Source: an uncultured Cryomorphaceae bacterium (GTDB lineage: Bacteria > Bacteroidota > Bacteroidia > Flavobacteriales > Schleiferiaceae). Taken from it: a stretch of DNA of 30,753 bases. The DNA is taken from contig CALCFH010000380.1 in the NCBI GenBank assembly GCA_937900215.1, positions 1-30,753 of the forward strand, in the 5' to 3' direction. The notes beneath the pieces are model-generated. The model searched no databases. It was not told the DNA's origin and saw only the letters and a list, made by a program, of their open reading frames with translations. Each line of letters begins with the position of its first letter. Positions within the stretch are counted from its first letter, which is position 1. Both the position numbers and the translations under genes were made by a program. Below are positions 8,539 through 17,641 of the stretch, piece by piece.

Positions 8539-10324
8539 TGAAATAATTCTTAATGCGCTGAGCCTTAGACATACCGACCCACTCACTTAGTTCCTCTAAT
8601 GTAGCAGTTTCTAGTCGCTTTATACTTTTGAATTGTGTTAAAAGTTTTTCAGCTGTGGAGGGTCCAATGCCTTCAATATCTTCGAGTTCATTGCTAAGCG
8701 TATTCTTGTCTCTTTTATTTCTGTGGTGTGTTATACCAAAGCGATGCGCCTCATTTCTGAGCTGCTGCAATACTCGGAGGGTTTCAGATCGCTTATCTAA
8801 ATAAAGGGGGATAGGATCTCCTGGGAAGAAGAGTTCCTCTAAGCGTTTTGCAATACCTAGAACAGCAATTTTTCCTTCTAACTCTAATTTTCGAATGCTC
8901 TTCATGGCTGCAGAAAGCTGACCTTTTCCTCCGTCGATGAGAACGAGTTCGGGTAGACTTATATTTTCATCCAGCAGTCTTTTATATCTGCGATAAACCA
9001 CCTCTTCCATAGTAGCAAAATCGTCGGGCCCTTCTACAGTTTTTACGTTGAAGTGCCGATACTCGGATTTTACAGGCTTACCATCTCTAAAGACAACACA
9101 GGCAGAAACAGCATCGCTTCCCTGAAAATTCGAATTGTCGAAGCACTCTATATGTCTTGGTTCAGATTTAAGTCGGAGATCAAGCTTCATCTGCTCCATC
9201 AATCTATTGGTATGCCTATCGGGGTCTGTGAGTTGAACATTTTTAAGCTTTTCTAGGCGGAAGTAGCGGGCATTCTTCAGGCTGAGGTCGAGCAAGCGTT
9301 TTTTATCTCCTCTTTGCGGCACATGTATATGAATTCCTTCTAAGCTTAAATCGCATGCATGGCTCAAAAGAATCTCTTTCGATTCAGAGCCAAACCGCAA
9401 TCGCAATTCAGGAATAGCAATTCGAAGAAGCTCGTCTTCGGTTTCCTCTAACTTCCTCTTAAACTCTACGGTATGAGAACGCAAAATAGCACCGTCTACA
9501 ACCAAAAAGTAATTGACATACCCAAAAGTGGCGTCGATCATGGCAGAAAAGACATCTACATTGGTAATAGTAGGACTAACTACGGTGCTCTTTGATTGGT
9601 ATTGATCAAGCAGAGCGGCCTTTTCTTTAAGCGCTTGGGCCTCTTCAAATTGCAGAAATTCTGCGGCAGATTGCATTTTTTCTAGCAGCAACTTTTTTAC
9701 TGAGCTCAGTCTACCAGTAATAATTTCTCTAGCCAGTTCTACTTCATAATTGTATGCTTCTTCAGACTGCAAACCTTCGCAAGGGCCAAGACAATTGCCC
9801 AAATGAAATTCAAGGCAACGTTGGAATTTTCCTTTTTGGATGGATTCTTCCTTTAAATTTAGAGAGCAGTTACGCAAGGGGTGGATTTGTCGAATTAACT
9901 CCAACACTGCTTTCATTACTTTAACAGAAGGGTAAGGTCCGAAATACTCCGAACCATCGTTCCACTTTTGCCGAGTATAAAAAATACGAGGAAATCGTTC
10001 TTTTTTAATGACAATCCATGGGTAGGTTTTATCGTCTTTAAGGTTGATGTTGTATTTGGGTTGATGCTCTTTTATCAAGGAGTTTTCCAGCAATAAGGCA
10101 TCCAACTCAGTTTCGGTTACTATAATGCGCACATCTACCACTTTTCGCACTAAACTCTCAAGCCGGTAGTTTTGAAGGTTTTTGTTGAAATAAGACGAAA
10201 CCCGCTTCTTTAGATCTTTGGCCTTCCCGATATACAGAATTCGTCCGTCTTTATCTATATGCTGGTATATACCCGGTTTATTGGGTAGACTTTTAAGAAT
10301 GGTAGCAATGGTTTCAGAAGACAT
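8516..10324 (-). CDS. uvrC: Excinuclease ABC subunit C
   Basis: GIY-YIG domain 'PGIYQH..ILYIGKAKDLKKRV', Cys-rich region, UVR coiled coil, RNase H-like 'IECFDNS..IDGGKGQL' and HhH 'IEGIGPSTAEKLL'. Confidence 0.98.
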   Translation of the reverse strand: MSSETIATILKSLPNKPGIYQHIDKDGRILYIGKAKDLKKRVSSYFNKNLQNYRLESLVRKVVDVRIIVTETELDALLLENSLIKEHQPKYNINLKDDKTYPWIVIKKERFPRIFYTRQKWNDGSEYFGPYPSVKVMKAVLELIRQIHPLRNCSLNLKEESIQKGKFQRCLEFHLGNCLGPCEGLQSEEAYNYEVELAREIITGRLSSVKKLLLEKMQSAAEFLQFEEAQALKEKAALLDQYQSKSTVVSPTITNVDVFSAMIDATFGYVNYFLVVDGAILRSHTVEFKRKLEETEDELLRIAIPELRLRFGSESKEILLSHACDLSLEGIHIHVPQRGDKKRLLDLSLKNARYFRLEKLKNVQLTDPDRHTNRLMEQMKLDLRLKSEPRHIECFDNSNFQGSDAVSACVVFRDGKPVKSEYRHFNVKTVEGPDDFATMEEVVYRRYKRLLDENISLPELVLIDGGKGQLSAAMKSIRKLELEGKIAVLGIAKRLEELFFPGDPIPLYLDKRSETLRVLQQLRNEAHRFGITHHRNKRDKNTLSNELEDIEGIGPSTAEKLLTQFKSIKRLETATLEELSEWVGMSKAQRIKNYFNAKAEKK

Positions 10325-10329
10325 ATAGA

Positions 10330-10351
10330 CAAAGGTAATGGCGCAAATTTA
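10330..10351 (-). promoter_or_regulatory. Two tandem candidate -7 elements upstream of uvrC (TAAATTTG at 10344-10351, TACCTTTG at 10330-10337)
   Basis: Both are exact TAnnTTTG matches on the minus strand; the proximal one is 5 nt from the ATG. Confidence 0.5.
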
Positions 10352-10404
10352 GCCATGTATGAATTCAAAGAGAGTGCGTTCCTTTGCCTCAAGAATTTTC
10401 ACAC

Positions 10405-11679
10405 ATGAAAGTATTGTTATTGGGCAGTGGCGGAAGAGAGCATGCATTAGCAGAAAAGCTAGTTCAGAGCAGCTTGTGCACGCAGCTGTATGTGGCTCCA
10501 GGAAATCCGGGTACGGCCAATATAGCCGTCAACGTTTCACTAGATATATTGAATGCCAGCGCACTGGCTGATTTTATTCAAAAGAATCAAATAGAGTTGG
10601 TATTGGTAGGTCCTGAGCAACCCTTGGTAGAGGGAATGTATGAGCAGTTGAAGGAGAGAGGAGCCTTAGAGCATTGTATTTATTTCGGTCCAGGGAGAGA
10701 AGGAGCGCAGTTAGAGGGCAGTAAAGATTTTGCCAAACAGTTTATGCAGCGGAATAAAATTCCTACTGCCAGGTATAAAACCTTCCAAGCAAAGCAGCTA
10801 GAAGAAGCCAAGGCCTACTTAGAAGTACAAGATGGTCCGTATGTGCTTAAAGCCGACGGATTGGCGGCGGGGAAAGGGGTGATTATTACAGAATCAAAAC
10901 AGGAGGCCATAGATGAAATTGAAGCCTTATTGGGCGGTAAATTTGGTTCGGCCTCAACCACGGTGGTCATAGAAGAATTTTTGTCGGGTATTGAGCTAAG
11001 TGTCTTTGTAGCTACAAATGGTAAAGACTATGTTATTTTGCCAGAAGCCAAAGATTACAAACGCATAGGCGAAGGAGATACGGGCTTAAATACAGGAGGC
11101 ATGGGAAGTATTTCACCTGTACCCTTTTTAGATGAAGCTCTAAGAAAGCAGATCTTACAGAAGGTAATTCAACCCACCTTGAAAGGCTTGCAGTTGGATG
11201 GAATAGAGTACCTAGGCTTTCTTTTCATTGGATTGATTCTGGTTGAAGGCGAAGTATTTGTAATTGAATACAATGTGCGCATGGGTGATCCAGAAACACA
11301 GTCGGTTATGAGTAGAATTGATTCAGACTTTTTGGAAATTCTGATCGAACTCGGAAAGGGCAACACCCCACCTGAAATGCGCATTAAAGAAGAATGTGCG
11401 GCTACCGTTGTTCTAGTTTCGGATGGATATCCTGAGTCGTATCCTAAAGGAAGAGAGATAAGCGGTTTGGAGAACGTAAGCAAAGCCCACGCGTATCATG
11501 CAGGAACAAGTCAAGAGGGAGGAAAATTGGTGACCTCAGGCGGAAGGGTAATAGCTGTAACGGCCTTGGGTAAAACAGCAAGCGAGGCCTTGGCTTCTGC
11601 CAATAAAGCTGCCAGCCAAGTTCAATTTGAAGGAAAATACTATCGCACTGATATTGGAAAAGACCTATTGCAGTTGTAG
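10405..11679 (+). CDS. purD: Phosphoribosylamine--glycine ligase
   Basis: MKVLLLGSGGREHAL, 'PGNPG', 'VGPEQPL', 'LEGSKDFAK', 'KADGLAAGKGV', 'DYKRIGEGDTGLNTGGMG', 'EYNVRMGDPE' and 'TSGGRV'. ATG 10405 is preferred over TTG 10384. Confidence 0.98.
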   Translation: MKVLLLGSGGREHALAEKLVQSSLCTQLYVAPGNPGTANIAVNVSLDILNASALADFIQKNQIELVLVGPEQPLVEGMYEQLKERGALEHCIYFGPGREGAQLEGSKDFAKQFMQRNKIPTARYKTFQAKQLEEAKAYLEVQDGPYVLKADGLAAGKGVIITESKQEAIDEIEALLGGKFGSASTTVVIEEFLSGIELSVFVATNGKDYVILPEAKDYKRIGEGDTGLNTGGMGSISPVPFLDEALRKQILQKVIQPTLKGLQLDGIEYLGFLFIGLILVEGEVFVIEYNVRMGDPETQSVMSRIDSDFLEILIELGKGNTPPEMRIKEECAATVVLVSDGYPESYPKGREISGLENVSKAHAYHAGTSQEGGKLVTSGGRVIAVTALGKTASEALASANKAASQVQFEGKYYRTDIGKDLLQL

Positions 11680-11683
11680 GTGT

Positions 11684-11848
11684 CTACAATTCGCCTGCTC
11701 TGCTGTGCTTTTTCATTTGGCCTAACCAATAAAAGAAATAGCCAGTGATGATGGCAATGAATAGAAAGTTTGGAAGATTTCCTAAAGAAGGTAGAATCTT
11801 GAAGGTCCACACGAAAAAATCACCCAAGCTATAAAATAGATCGTTCAT
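11684..11848 (-). CDS. Small (54 aa) membrane protein, DUF6341-like
   Basis: MNDLFYSLGDFFVWTF...NLPNFLFIAIITGYFFYWLGQMKKH, with a hydrophobic helix, fills the gap after purD. A TACCTTTGCA element 18 nt upstream supports ATG 11848. The family name is from recollection of similar small Flavobacteriales proteins beside purD. Confidence 0.65.
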   Translation of the reverse strand: MNDLFYSLGDFFVWTFKILPSLGNLPNFLFIAIITGYFFYWLGQMKKHSRAGEL

Positions 11849-11866
11849 GGAAGTAATATTAATGGG

Positions 11867-11876
11867 TGCAAAGGTA
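11867..11876 (-). promoter_or_regulatory. Candidate -7 promoter element TACCTTTGCA for the small membrane protein gene
   Basis: Exact TAnnTTTG(CA) match in a 39-nt divergent intergenic gap. Confidence 0.6.
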
Positions 11877-11887
11877 TTTAAATCTAT

Positions 11888-12847
11888 ATGTTTCACCGAA
11901 TAATACGCAAGGGTCTACCAGCATTGTTGCTGATGGTCTTTTTTGCCCTAATCTTAGCCCTATTAGATTGGAATTACGCTTCCGACAAGGCTGAATTTGG
12001 CCTTTTTTCAGTGGGAGGTGTAAGGCAGCCTCTGTATATGGCTTTTGCAGCTGGGGCATGGATAGCCTTATTGGCCCTGCTTTGGATGGAGATTTTTTCT
12101 TCGGAGGAATTGATTAAAGGCAATTTTACCACTGGCATTTTCTTCGTTTTACTCTACTTTGCCCTCTCGCCAATGAGCATGCTGGAGCCCATTCTTATAG
12201 GTGGTTTAGGAGCTGTCTTGGCTTTCCGAAAAATGCTATCTTCTTTAGATACAGGAGGAAATGTATATTATTTATGGTTCGATACAGGATGGATCATAGG
12301 CTTCGCTTGCCTTTTTAGTTCAAGCGCATTTCTCTTGTTTTTCGCAGCTCTAACTATTTTCAATTTAGCGGGGGGTAATCTTCAATGGCGCGCCTTCGTA
12401 ATTCCTTTGGTCGGATTGCTTCTATCCATTTGGGTATCCTATGCCCTCACGGATGTGCTGGGTATTATTGGCATCGACTTATGGAAAATCTACGATTTGG
12501 AAGAAATGATTGGAAAAAATTCTTTCAGCGAAAGAAATGCGCACTATTGGTCTCGGCTTAGTGCTATGTTGGCTTTGTTGTTCTTCAGTTTGCAGGCCTA
12601 TTTCAACATACTCAAATCAAGTACGGCAAGAAAGAGGAGAGCTTTTAGTGCTTTAGTTGGATTGATTCCGATTTTTTTTCCTTTGTATATCCTTTTTCCT
12701 TCTTTCTCAAGTATTTGGATTATAGGACTGTTGCTTCCAGTAGCTCCTTTATTATCAGAAAGATTGGAGATGTTTAATAAACCATGGAAAAAAGAAGTCT
12801 TCGCCTTGTCAATTGTAGTGGCAACTATTATAGAGTCTGTTTTATAA
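11888..12847 (+). CDS. Polytopic membrane protein, DUF6427-like
   Basis: 319 aa, about 9-10 hydrophobic segments, no catalytic motif recognised. The family label rests on position next to purD and the small membrane gene (recollection). Confidence 0.6.
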   Translation: MFHRIIRKGLPALLLMVFFALILALLDWNYASDKAEFGLFSVGGVRQPLYMAFAAGAWIALLALLWMEIFSSEELIKGNFTTGIFFVLLYFALSPMSMLEPILIGGLGAVLAFRKMLSSLDTGGNVYYLWFDTGWIIGFACLFSSSAFLLFFAALTIFNLAGGNLQWRAFVIPLVGLLLSIWVSYALTDVLGIIGIDLWKIYDLEEMIGKNSFSERNAHYWSRLSAMLALLFFSLQAYFNILKSSTARKRRAFSALVGLIPIFFPLYILFPSFSSIWIIGLLLPVAPLLSERLEMFNKPWKKEVFALSIVVATIIESVL

Positions 12848-12874
12848 AGTGTATTGGTCTATTGATCAAAGCAC

Positions 12875-12884
12875 TATATTTGCA
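12875..12884 (+). promoter_or_regulatory. Candidate -7 promoter element TATATTTGCA for yceD-rpmF-fabH-accB-accC
   Basis: Exact TAnnTTTG(CA) match, with TTG at 12854-12856 as a possible -33 element. Confidence 0.65.
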
Positions 12885-12900
12885 GCCCTCAAATTGAAAG

Positions 12901-13410
12901 GTGAAACCAGTAGAAGCGCGCGAATTCGTTATTCCTTTTATAGGATTAAGTCTTGGAGTACATCACTTTAAGTATGATTTAACGCCTGCGTTCTTTGATG
13001 ATTACCCCGAGCAAGAATTTAGAGAGCCTCATTTGCAGGTTGCTCTGAGCGTAGAGAAGAAATCGAATAATACAATAGACCTCTTCTTTTCCCTCCAAGG
13101 AAAGCTAAAGGTCGATTGCGATCGCACTCTAAAAGAATTTGATCTTGCAGTTGAGGCGGAGCGGAGAGTATTGGTGAAGTTCGCCGATGAATACGACAAT
13201 GAGGACGATGAAATTCTTTTTTTACCTCATGGAGCGTATGAAATAGATGTTCGGCATTATATATATGAGTTGGCAGTATTGAGTGTTCCTTCGAAGAGAC
13301 TTTTTCCGGGTTTAGAAGAAGAGACAGACATATACAGTACAGAAATAGAAAATGAAAGTGAGCCAGACCCTAGGTGGAATGGCTTGAAGAGTTTAAATAG
13401 TGAAGACTAA
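12901..13410 (+). CDS. yceD: YceD/DUF177 family 23S rRNA accumulation protein
   Basis: GTG start. 'DCDRTL', '[17 protein letters not shown]' and C-terminal '[10 protein letters not shown]'. Directly upstream of rpmF, the conserved position. Confidence 0.9.
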   Translation: MKPVEAREFVIPFIGLSLGVHHFKYDLTPAFFDDYPEQEFREPHLQVALSVEKKSNNTIDLFFSLQGKLKVDCDRTLKEFDLAVEAERRVLVKFADEYDNEDDEILFLPHGAYEIDVRHYIYELAVLSVPSKRLFPGLEEETDIYSTEIENESEPDPRWNGLKSLNSED

Positions 13411-13421
13411 ATTTAGATAAA

Positions 13422-13619
13422 ATGGCACATCCTAAACGCAGACAATCAACCAGTCGTAGAGATAAGCGTCGTACTCATTATAAGGCGGTTGCCCCAACCA
13501 TCGCGGTTTGCCCAACAACAGGCGAGGCGCATTTGTACCACAGAGCATACTGGCATGAGGGCAAACTATACTACAAAGGCAAGGTAGTGATAGACAAAAC
13601 AGTTGTAGCTGAAGCATAG
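13422..13619 (+). CDS. rpmF: 50S ribosomal protein L32
   Basis: [22 protein letters not shown]...[20 protein letters not shown], the Flavobacteriales-type L32 with a single Cys. Confidence 0.97.
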   Translation: MAHPKRRQSTSRRDKRRTHYKAVAPTIAVCPTTGEAHLYHRAYWHEGKLYYKGKVVIDKTVVAEA

Positions 13620-13698
13620 TCGTTCCGCGGCTGAAGGATTGTAGAATACTTTTGTTAAAAAGCAGATTCGCTGTACCTTCACACTAGTATAACGACGT

Positions 13699-14697
13699 AT
13701 GAATAAAATTAGAGCTAGCATTACTTCAGTTGGAGGCTATGTTCCTGACTTTGTTTTGTCAAACGAGGTCTTGGAAACCATGGTAGATACTTCCGACGAG
13801 TGGATTACCAGCAGAACCGGAATCAAAGAGCGACGCATCCTCAAAGGTGAGGGGCGTGGCACGAGTGATATGATGATTCAAGCCGCCAATCAGGCACTTG
13901 AAAAAAGAGGTATTACAGGTTCTGAGATAGATTTGGTTATTGCGTGTACTGTTACACCTGATATGATGGTAGCTTCTACCGCGGCCAGGGTTGCTCAACA
14001 CATCGGAGCAAACCAAGCGCCAAGTTTCGATTTACAGGCTGCCTGTACTGGCTTTATATACGGTCTCGTTACGGCAAGTCAGTTTATTGAAACGGGAAAA
14101 TACAGCAAGGTCTTGTTAGTAGGGGGTGATAAAATGTCGTCTATTTTAGATTATACAGATAGAACTACCTGTGTAATTTTTGGAGATGGCGCCGGAGCCG
14201 TAATTCTAGAGCCCAGCACCTCTGGGGAAGGTTTGCAAGACTCCATCCTAAAAAGCGACGGAATAGGCCGTCAATATCTTCATATTAAGAGTGGCGGTTC
14301 TATGTATCCTTCTACCCAAAGGAGCATAGATCAACGCGAACATTTTGTTTTTCAAGACGGTCAGCCCGTTTTCAAATTCGCGGTAACCAATATGGCGCAA
14401 GTGAGCGCGGATATACTAAAGCGCAATCAGCTTACTGGTGAAGATATAGATTGGTTGGTTCCTCACCAAGCTAATAAGAGAATCATAGTTGCTACTGCAA
14501 ACCGTATGGGCCTAAGCGAAAGCAAGGTTATGGTGAATATCCAGCGCTATGGCAATACTACCAACGCTACGCTTCCGCTCTGTCTATGGGATTATGAGAA
14601 GCAATTAAAGAAAGGAGATAAATTGGTATTCGCCGCTTTTGGTGGTGGATTTACTTGGGGGTCGGCCTATTTAATTTGGGCGTACGATCCCAACTGA
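13699..14697 (+). CDS. fabH: 3-oxoacyl-ACP synthase III
   Basis: 'WITSRTGIKERR', catalytic Cys in 'AACTGF', 'FGDGAGA', His in 'VPHQAN', Asn in 'YGNTTNA' and 'FGGGFTWG'. Confidence 0.97.
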   Translation: MNKIRASITSVGGYVPDFVLSNEVLETMVDTSDEWITSRTGIKERRILKGEGRGTSDMMIQAANQALEKRGITGSEIDLVIACTVTPDMMVASTAARVAQHIGANQAPSFDLQAACTGFIYGLVTASQFIETGKYSKVLLVGGDKMSSILDYTDRTTCVIFGDGAGAVILEPSTSGEGLQDSILKSDGIGRQYLHIKSGGSMYPSTQRSIDQREHFVFQDGQPVFKFAVTNMAQVSADILKRNQLTGEDIDWLVPHQANKRIIVATANRMGLSESKVMVNIQRYGNTTNATLPLCLWDYEKQLKKGDKLVFAAFGGGFTWGSAYLIWAYDPN

Positions 14698-14734
14698 GTT
14701 TGATTAGATTTGTAATTCGCACAAAATCCTACCT

Positions 14735-15208
14735 ATGGATATAAAAGAAATTCAGAACCTGATAAAATTTGTTGCACGTTCAGGCGCAACGGAGGTAAAT
14801 CTTGAAACAGAAGATTTTAAAATTATCATCAAGACTACTGCCGAGGTGGCCAATATGGATCACCCAGTGGTACAGCATGTAGCTCAAGTGATGCCGGCAC
14901 AAATGCCAATGGCGCAAGCAGCCCCAACTCCAGCTGTAGCTCCTGTTGCCGCAGAAGACGACAGCAAGTATGTGATAATTAAGTCGCCAATGATTGGCAC
15001 CATGTACCGTCGCCCTTCACCAGACAAAGATTTGTTTGTTCAAGTGGGCACAGAAATTCACAAAGGAGATACGGTTTGTATCATTGAAGCCATGAAACTT
15101 TTCAATGAAATTGAATCTGAAGTTTCAGGAAAGATTGTGAAAGTATTGGTAGATGACCAATCTCCCGTAGAATACGATCAACCACTTTTTGTTGTTGACC
15201 CCGCCTAA
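14735..15208 (+). CDS. accB: Acetyl-CoA carboxylase biotin carboxyl carrier protein
   Basis: Ala/Pro linker, 'SPMIGTMY', biotinylation motif 'IEAMKLFNEI' and 'PVEYDQPLF'. Confidence 0.97.
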   Translation: MDIKEIQNLIKFVARSGATEVNLETEDFKIIIKTTAEVANMDHPVVQHVAQVMPAQMPMAQAAPTPAVAPVAAEDDSKYVIIKSPMIGTMYRRPSPDKDLFVQVGTEIHKGDTVCIIEAMKLFNEIESEVSGKIVKVLVDDQSPVEYDQPLFVVDPA

Positions 15209-15230
15209 TTAAGTCCTAAAACCCAAAAGG

Positions 15231-16568
15231 ATGTTCAAGAAAATACTCATCGCCAATAGAGGCGAAATCGCCCTGCGCATTATACGCACCTGCCGTGAAA
15301 TGGGTATAAAGACTGTTGCGGTTTATTCAACGGCAGATCGAGAAAGCCTCCATGTTCGCTTTGCAGATGAGGCGGTTTGTATAGGACCTCCGCCTTCTAA
15401 AGATTCCTACCTCAATATTCCGAATATTATGGCGGCTGCAGAGATAACCAATGCAGATGCTATACACCCCGGCTATGGTTTTCTTTCTGAGAACTCAAAG
15501 TTCTCACGTATTTGCCAGGAAAATGGACTCAAATTTATTGGTGCTACTCCTGAGCAGATTGATCAAATGGGAGATAAGGCTACGGCTAAAGAAACCATGA
15601 AAAAGGCAGGTGTTCCTTGTATTCCAGGATCGGAAGGATTGTTGGAAAGCCTAGAACAAGCAGAACAACTTGCGGAGGAAGTGGGCTATCCGATAATGTT
15701 AAAGGCTACCGCCGGTGGCGGTGGTAAGGGAATGCGCGCCGTTTGGAAAAAGGAAGATCTAAAGAAAGCCTATGAAGATGCCATTGCTGAGGCCGTAGCC
15801 TCATTTGGCAATGGAGGTATGTATATGGAGAAACTCATTGAGGAACCTCGCCATATAGAAATCCAAGTTATTGGAGATCAATACGGAATGGTTTGTCATC
15901 TTTCTGAAAGAGATTGCTCTATTCAACGAAGACACCAAAAGCTGACTGAAGAAACACCTTCTCCTTTCATGACTCCGCAATTGAGAGATGCAATGGGCAC
16001 CGCTGCAAACAAAGCAGCAAAGTTCATTAATTATGAGGGAGCGGGAACAGTTGAATTCTTGGTAGATAAAAACAAGAAGTTCTACTTCATGGAGATGAAC
16101 ACACGCATTCAAGTAGAACACCCTATAACAGAGCAGGTTATAGATTATGATCTAATTCGTGAACAAATAAAAGTGGCAGCAGGCGTGCCTATTTCTGGAA
16201 AGAATTATGAGCCACAACTGCATTCTATAGAATGTAGAATTAATGCAGAAGACCCGTACAATGGGTTTAGACCTTCTCCAGGTAAAATTACGAGTCTACA
16301 CGCTCCAGGTGGTCACGGGGTTCGATTGGATACGCATGTCTATGCAGGCTATACCATTCCGCCCAATTATGATTCTATGATTGCCAAGTTGATTACCACA
16401 GCTCAAACGCGTGAGGAAGCCATTGACAAAATGCGAAGAGCATTAGATGAATTTGTAATTGAAGGTATTAAAACAACCATTCCGTTTCATAGGCAGCTAA
16501 TGGATCATCCAGATTATATCGCGGGTAACTATACCACTAAGTTTATGGAGACTTTTGTGTTAAAATAA
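15231..16568 (+). CDS. accC: Acetyl-CoA carboxylase biotin carboxylase subunit
   Basis: '[11 protein letters not shown]', '[10 protein letters not shown]', '[11 protein letters not shown]', '[12 protein letters not shown]', '[10 protein letters not shown]' and 'YDSMIAKLI'. Confidence 0.98.
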   Translation: MFKKILIANRGEIALRIIRTCREMGIKTVAVYSTADRESLHVRFADEAVCIGPPPSKDSYLNIPNIMAAAEITNADAIHPGYGFLSENSKFSRICQENGLKFIGATPEQIDQMGDKATAKETMKKAGVPCIPGSEGLLESLEQAEQLAEEVGYPIMLKATAGGGGKGMRAVWKKEDLKKAYEDAIAEAVASFGNGGMYMEKLIEEPRHIEIQVIGDQYGMVCHLSERDCSIQRRHQKLTEETPSPFMTPQLRDAMGTAANKAAKFINYEGAGTVEFLVDKNKKFYFMEMNTRIQVEHPITEQVIDYDLIREQIKVAAGVPISGKNYEPQLHSIECRINAEDPYNGFRPSPGKITSLHAPGGHGVRLDTHVYAGYTIPPNYDSMIAKLITTAQTREEAIDKMRRALDEFVIEGIKTTIPFHRQLMDHPDYIAGNYTTKFMETFVLK

Positions 16569-16583
16569 AGGATCCAATAGTAT

Positions 16584-16623
16584 AAAAAAGGGGGACTAAA
16601 CACTGTTTAGTCCCCCTTTTTTT
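16584..16623. terminator. Bidirectional intrinsic terminator between accC and korB
   Basis: Perfect 18-bp inverted repeat AAAAAAGGGGGACTAAAC-act-GTTTAGTCCCCCTTTTTT, giving a U-tract on both strands between convergent genes. Confidence 0.92.
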
Positions 16624-17641
16624 ATTCAATAGTCCAGAAATTTTTGCCTTGTAATAGGCTGTCTATTTTGCCTACGCCCTTAGACTGCACCGCGCTGTGC
16701 AACTGTTTATCCATTTCCTCTTCATAGACCAAACGTTCTTCTTGATAGAAAACACCAAAGGGTCTGGGAAGAGCCTTTTCGCTATACGGATCAAATAAGC
16801 GGCTTAGAAGATGCGCCTTCATTGGATCTTTGGAATCGTGTATCCATAAATCTTCTGAAGCTATAGTATTCAAAGGGGCCGAATACACTTTCATATCCCT
16901 TATGTACAAAGCCTCTCTTTGCTGTTCTGTGCCATAGATCAAGGGCTGACCTTCTTCCAACAATAAGGTAGAACTTTCACGTGTAGATTTATTGGAATAT
17001 GGCGCAAAGGCTCCGTCGTTAAAAACATTGCAATTCTGATAAATTTCAACCAAACTCGTTCCTTTATGGGCATGGGCACGCAAAAGAATATCTCGTAAAC
17101 CCTTGGTGTCTAAGTCCAAACCTCGCGCAAAGAAACTGGCGTCTGCGCCCAATGCGAGGGCAGCTGGATTGAACGGATGATCTATGGTTCCCCAAGGACT
17201 AGACTTGGTGTTTTTACCCAGTTCGGAAGTGGGGCTAAACTGACCCTTTGTAAGTCCATAGATCTCATTGTTAAAGAGGAGAATATTCACATCTAGGTTT
17301 CTTCGCAGGAGATGAATAAGGTGGTTACCTCCAATAGATAAGCTATCTCCATCGCCCGTTATGATCCAAACACTAAGGTCTTTTCGCACCATTTTTAATC
17401 CGCTAGCAATGGCAGCAGCTCTTCCGTGAATGCTGTGCATGCCGTAGGTATTCATATAGTATGGAAAACGTGATGAGCATCCAATTCCCGATATAAAGAC
17501 AATATTCTCTCTCGGTACGCCTAAATTGGGCATGATAGATTGCACCTGCTTTAGAATGCTGTAATCACCGCATCCAGGACACCAGCGCACATCTTGATCG
17601 GTGGCAAAGTCTTTTGGTTTTAGTAGATCTGCTGTTTCCAT
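16622..17641 (-). CDS. korB: 2-oxoacid:ferredoxin oxidoreductase beta subunit
   Basis: 'WCPGCGD', 'SGIGCSSR', 'HSIHGRA', TPP motif 'GDGDSLSIGGNH...NNEIYGLTKGQ' and 'NCNVFN'. Substrate specificity is inferred, not shown. Confidence 0.92.
   Translation of the reverse strand: METADLLKPKDFATDQDVRWCPGCGDYSILKQVQSIMPNLGVPRENIVFISGIGCSSRFPYYMNTYGMHSIHGRAAAIASGLKMVRKDLSVWIITGDGDSLSIGGNHLIHLLRRNLDVNILLFNNEIYGLTKGQFSPTSELGKNTKSSPWGTIDHPFNPAALALGADASFFARGLDLDTKGLRDILLRAHAHKGTSLVEIYQNCNVFNDGAFAPYSNKSTRESSTLLLEEGQPLIYGTEQQREALYIRDMKVYSAPLNTIASEDLWIHDSKDPMKAHLLSRLFDPYSEKALPRPFGVFYQEERLVYEEEMDKQLHSAVQSKGVGKIDSLLQGKNFWTIE

Noticed and set aside
12862-12869. TTGATCAA palindrome before yceD as a possible Fnr/Crp site
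   Set aside because: It lacks the 4-nt spacer of TTGAT-N4-ATCAA; an 8-bp palindrome in AT-rich DNA is expected by chance.
13620-13698. Possible structured RNA between rpmF and fabH (TGAAGG...CCTTCA)
   Set aside because: Only a 6-bp stem around a long unstructured loop; no recognisable ncRNA or riboswitch.
14880-14955. Low-complexity Ala/Pro/Gln stretch in accB
   Set aside because: Normal flexible linker of BCCP.
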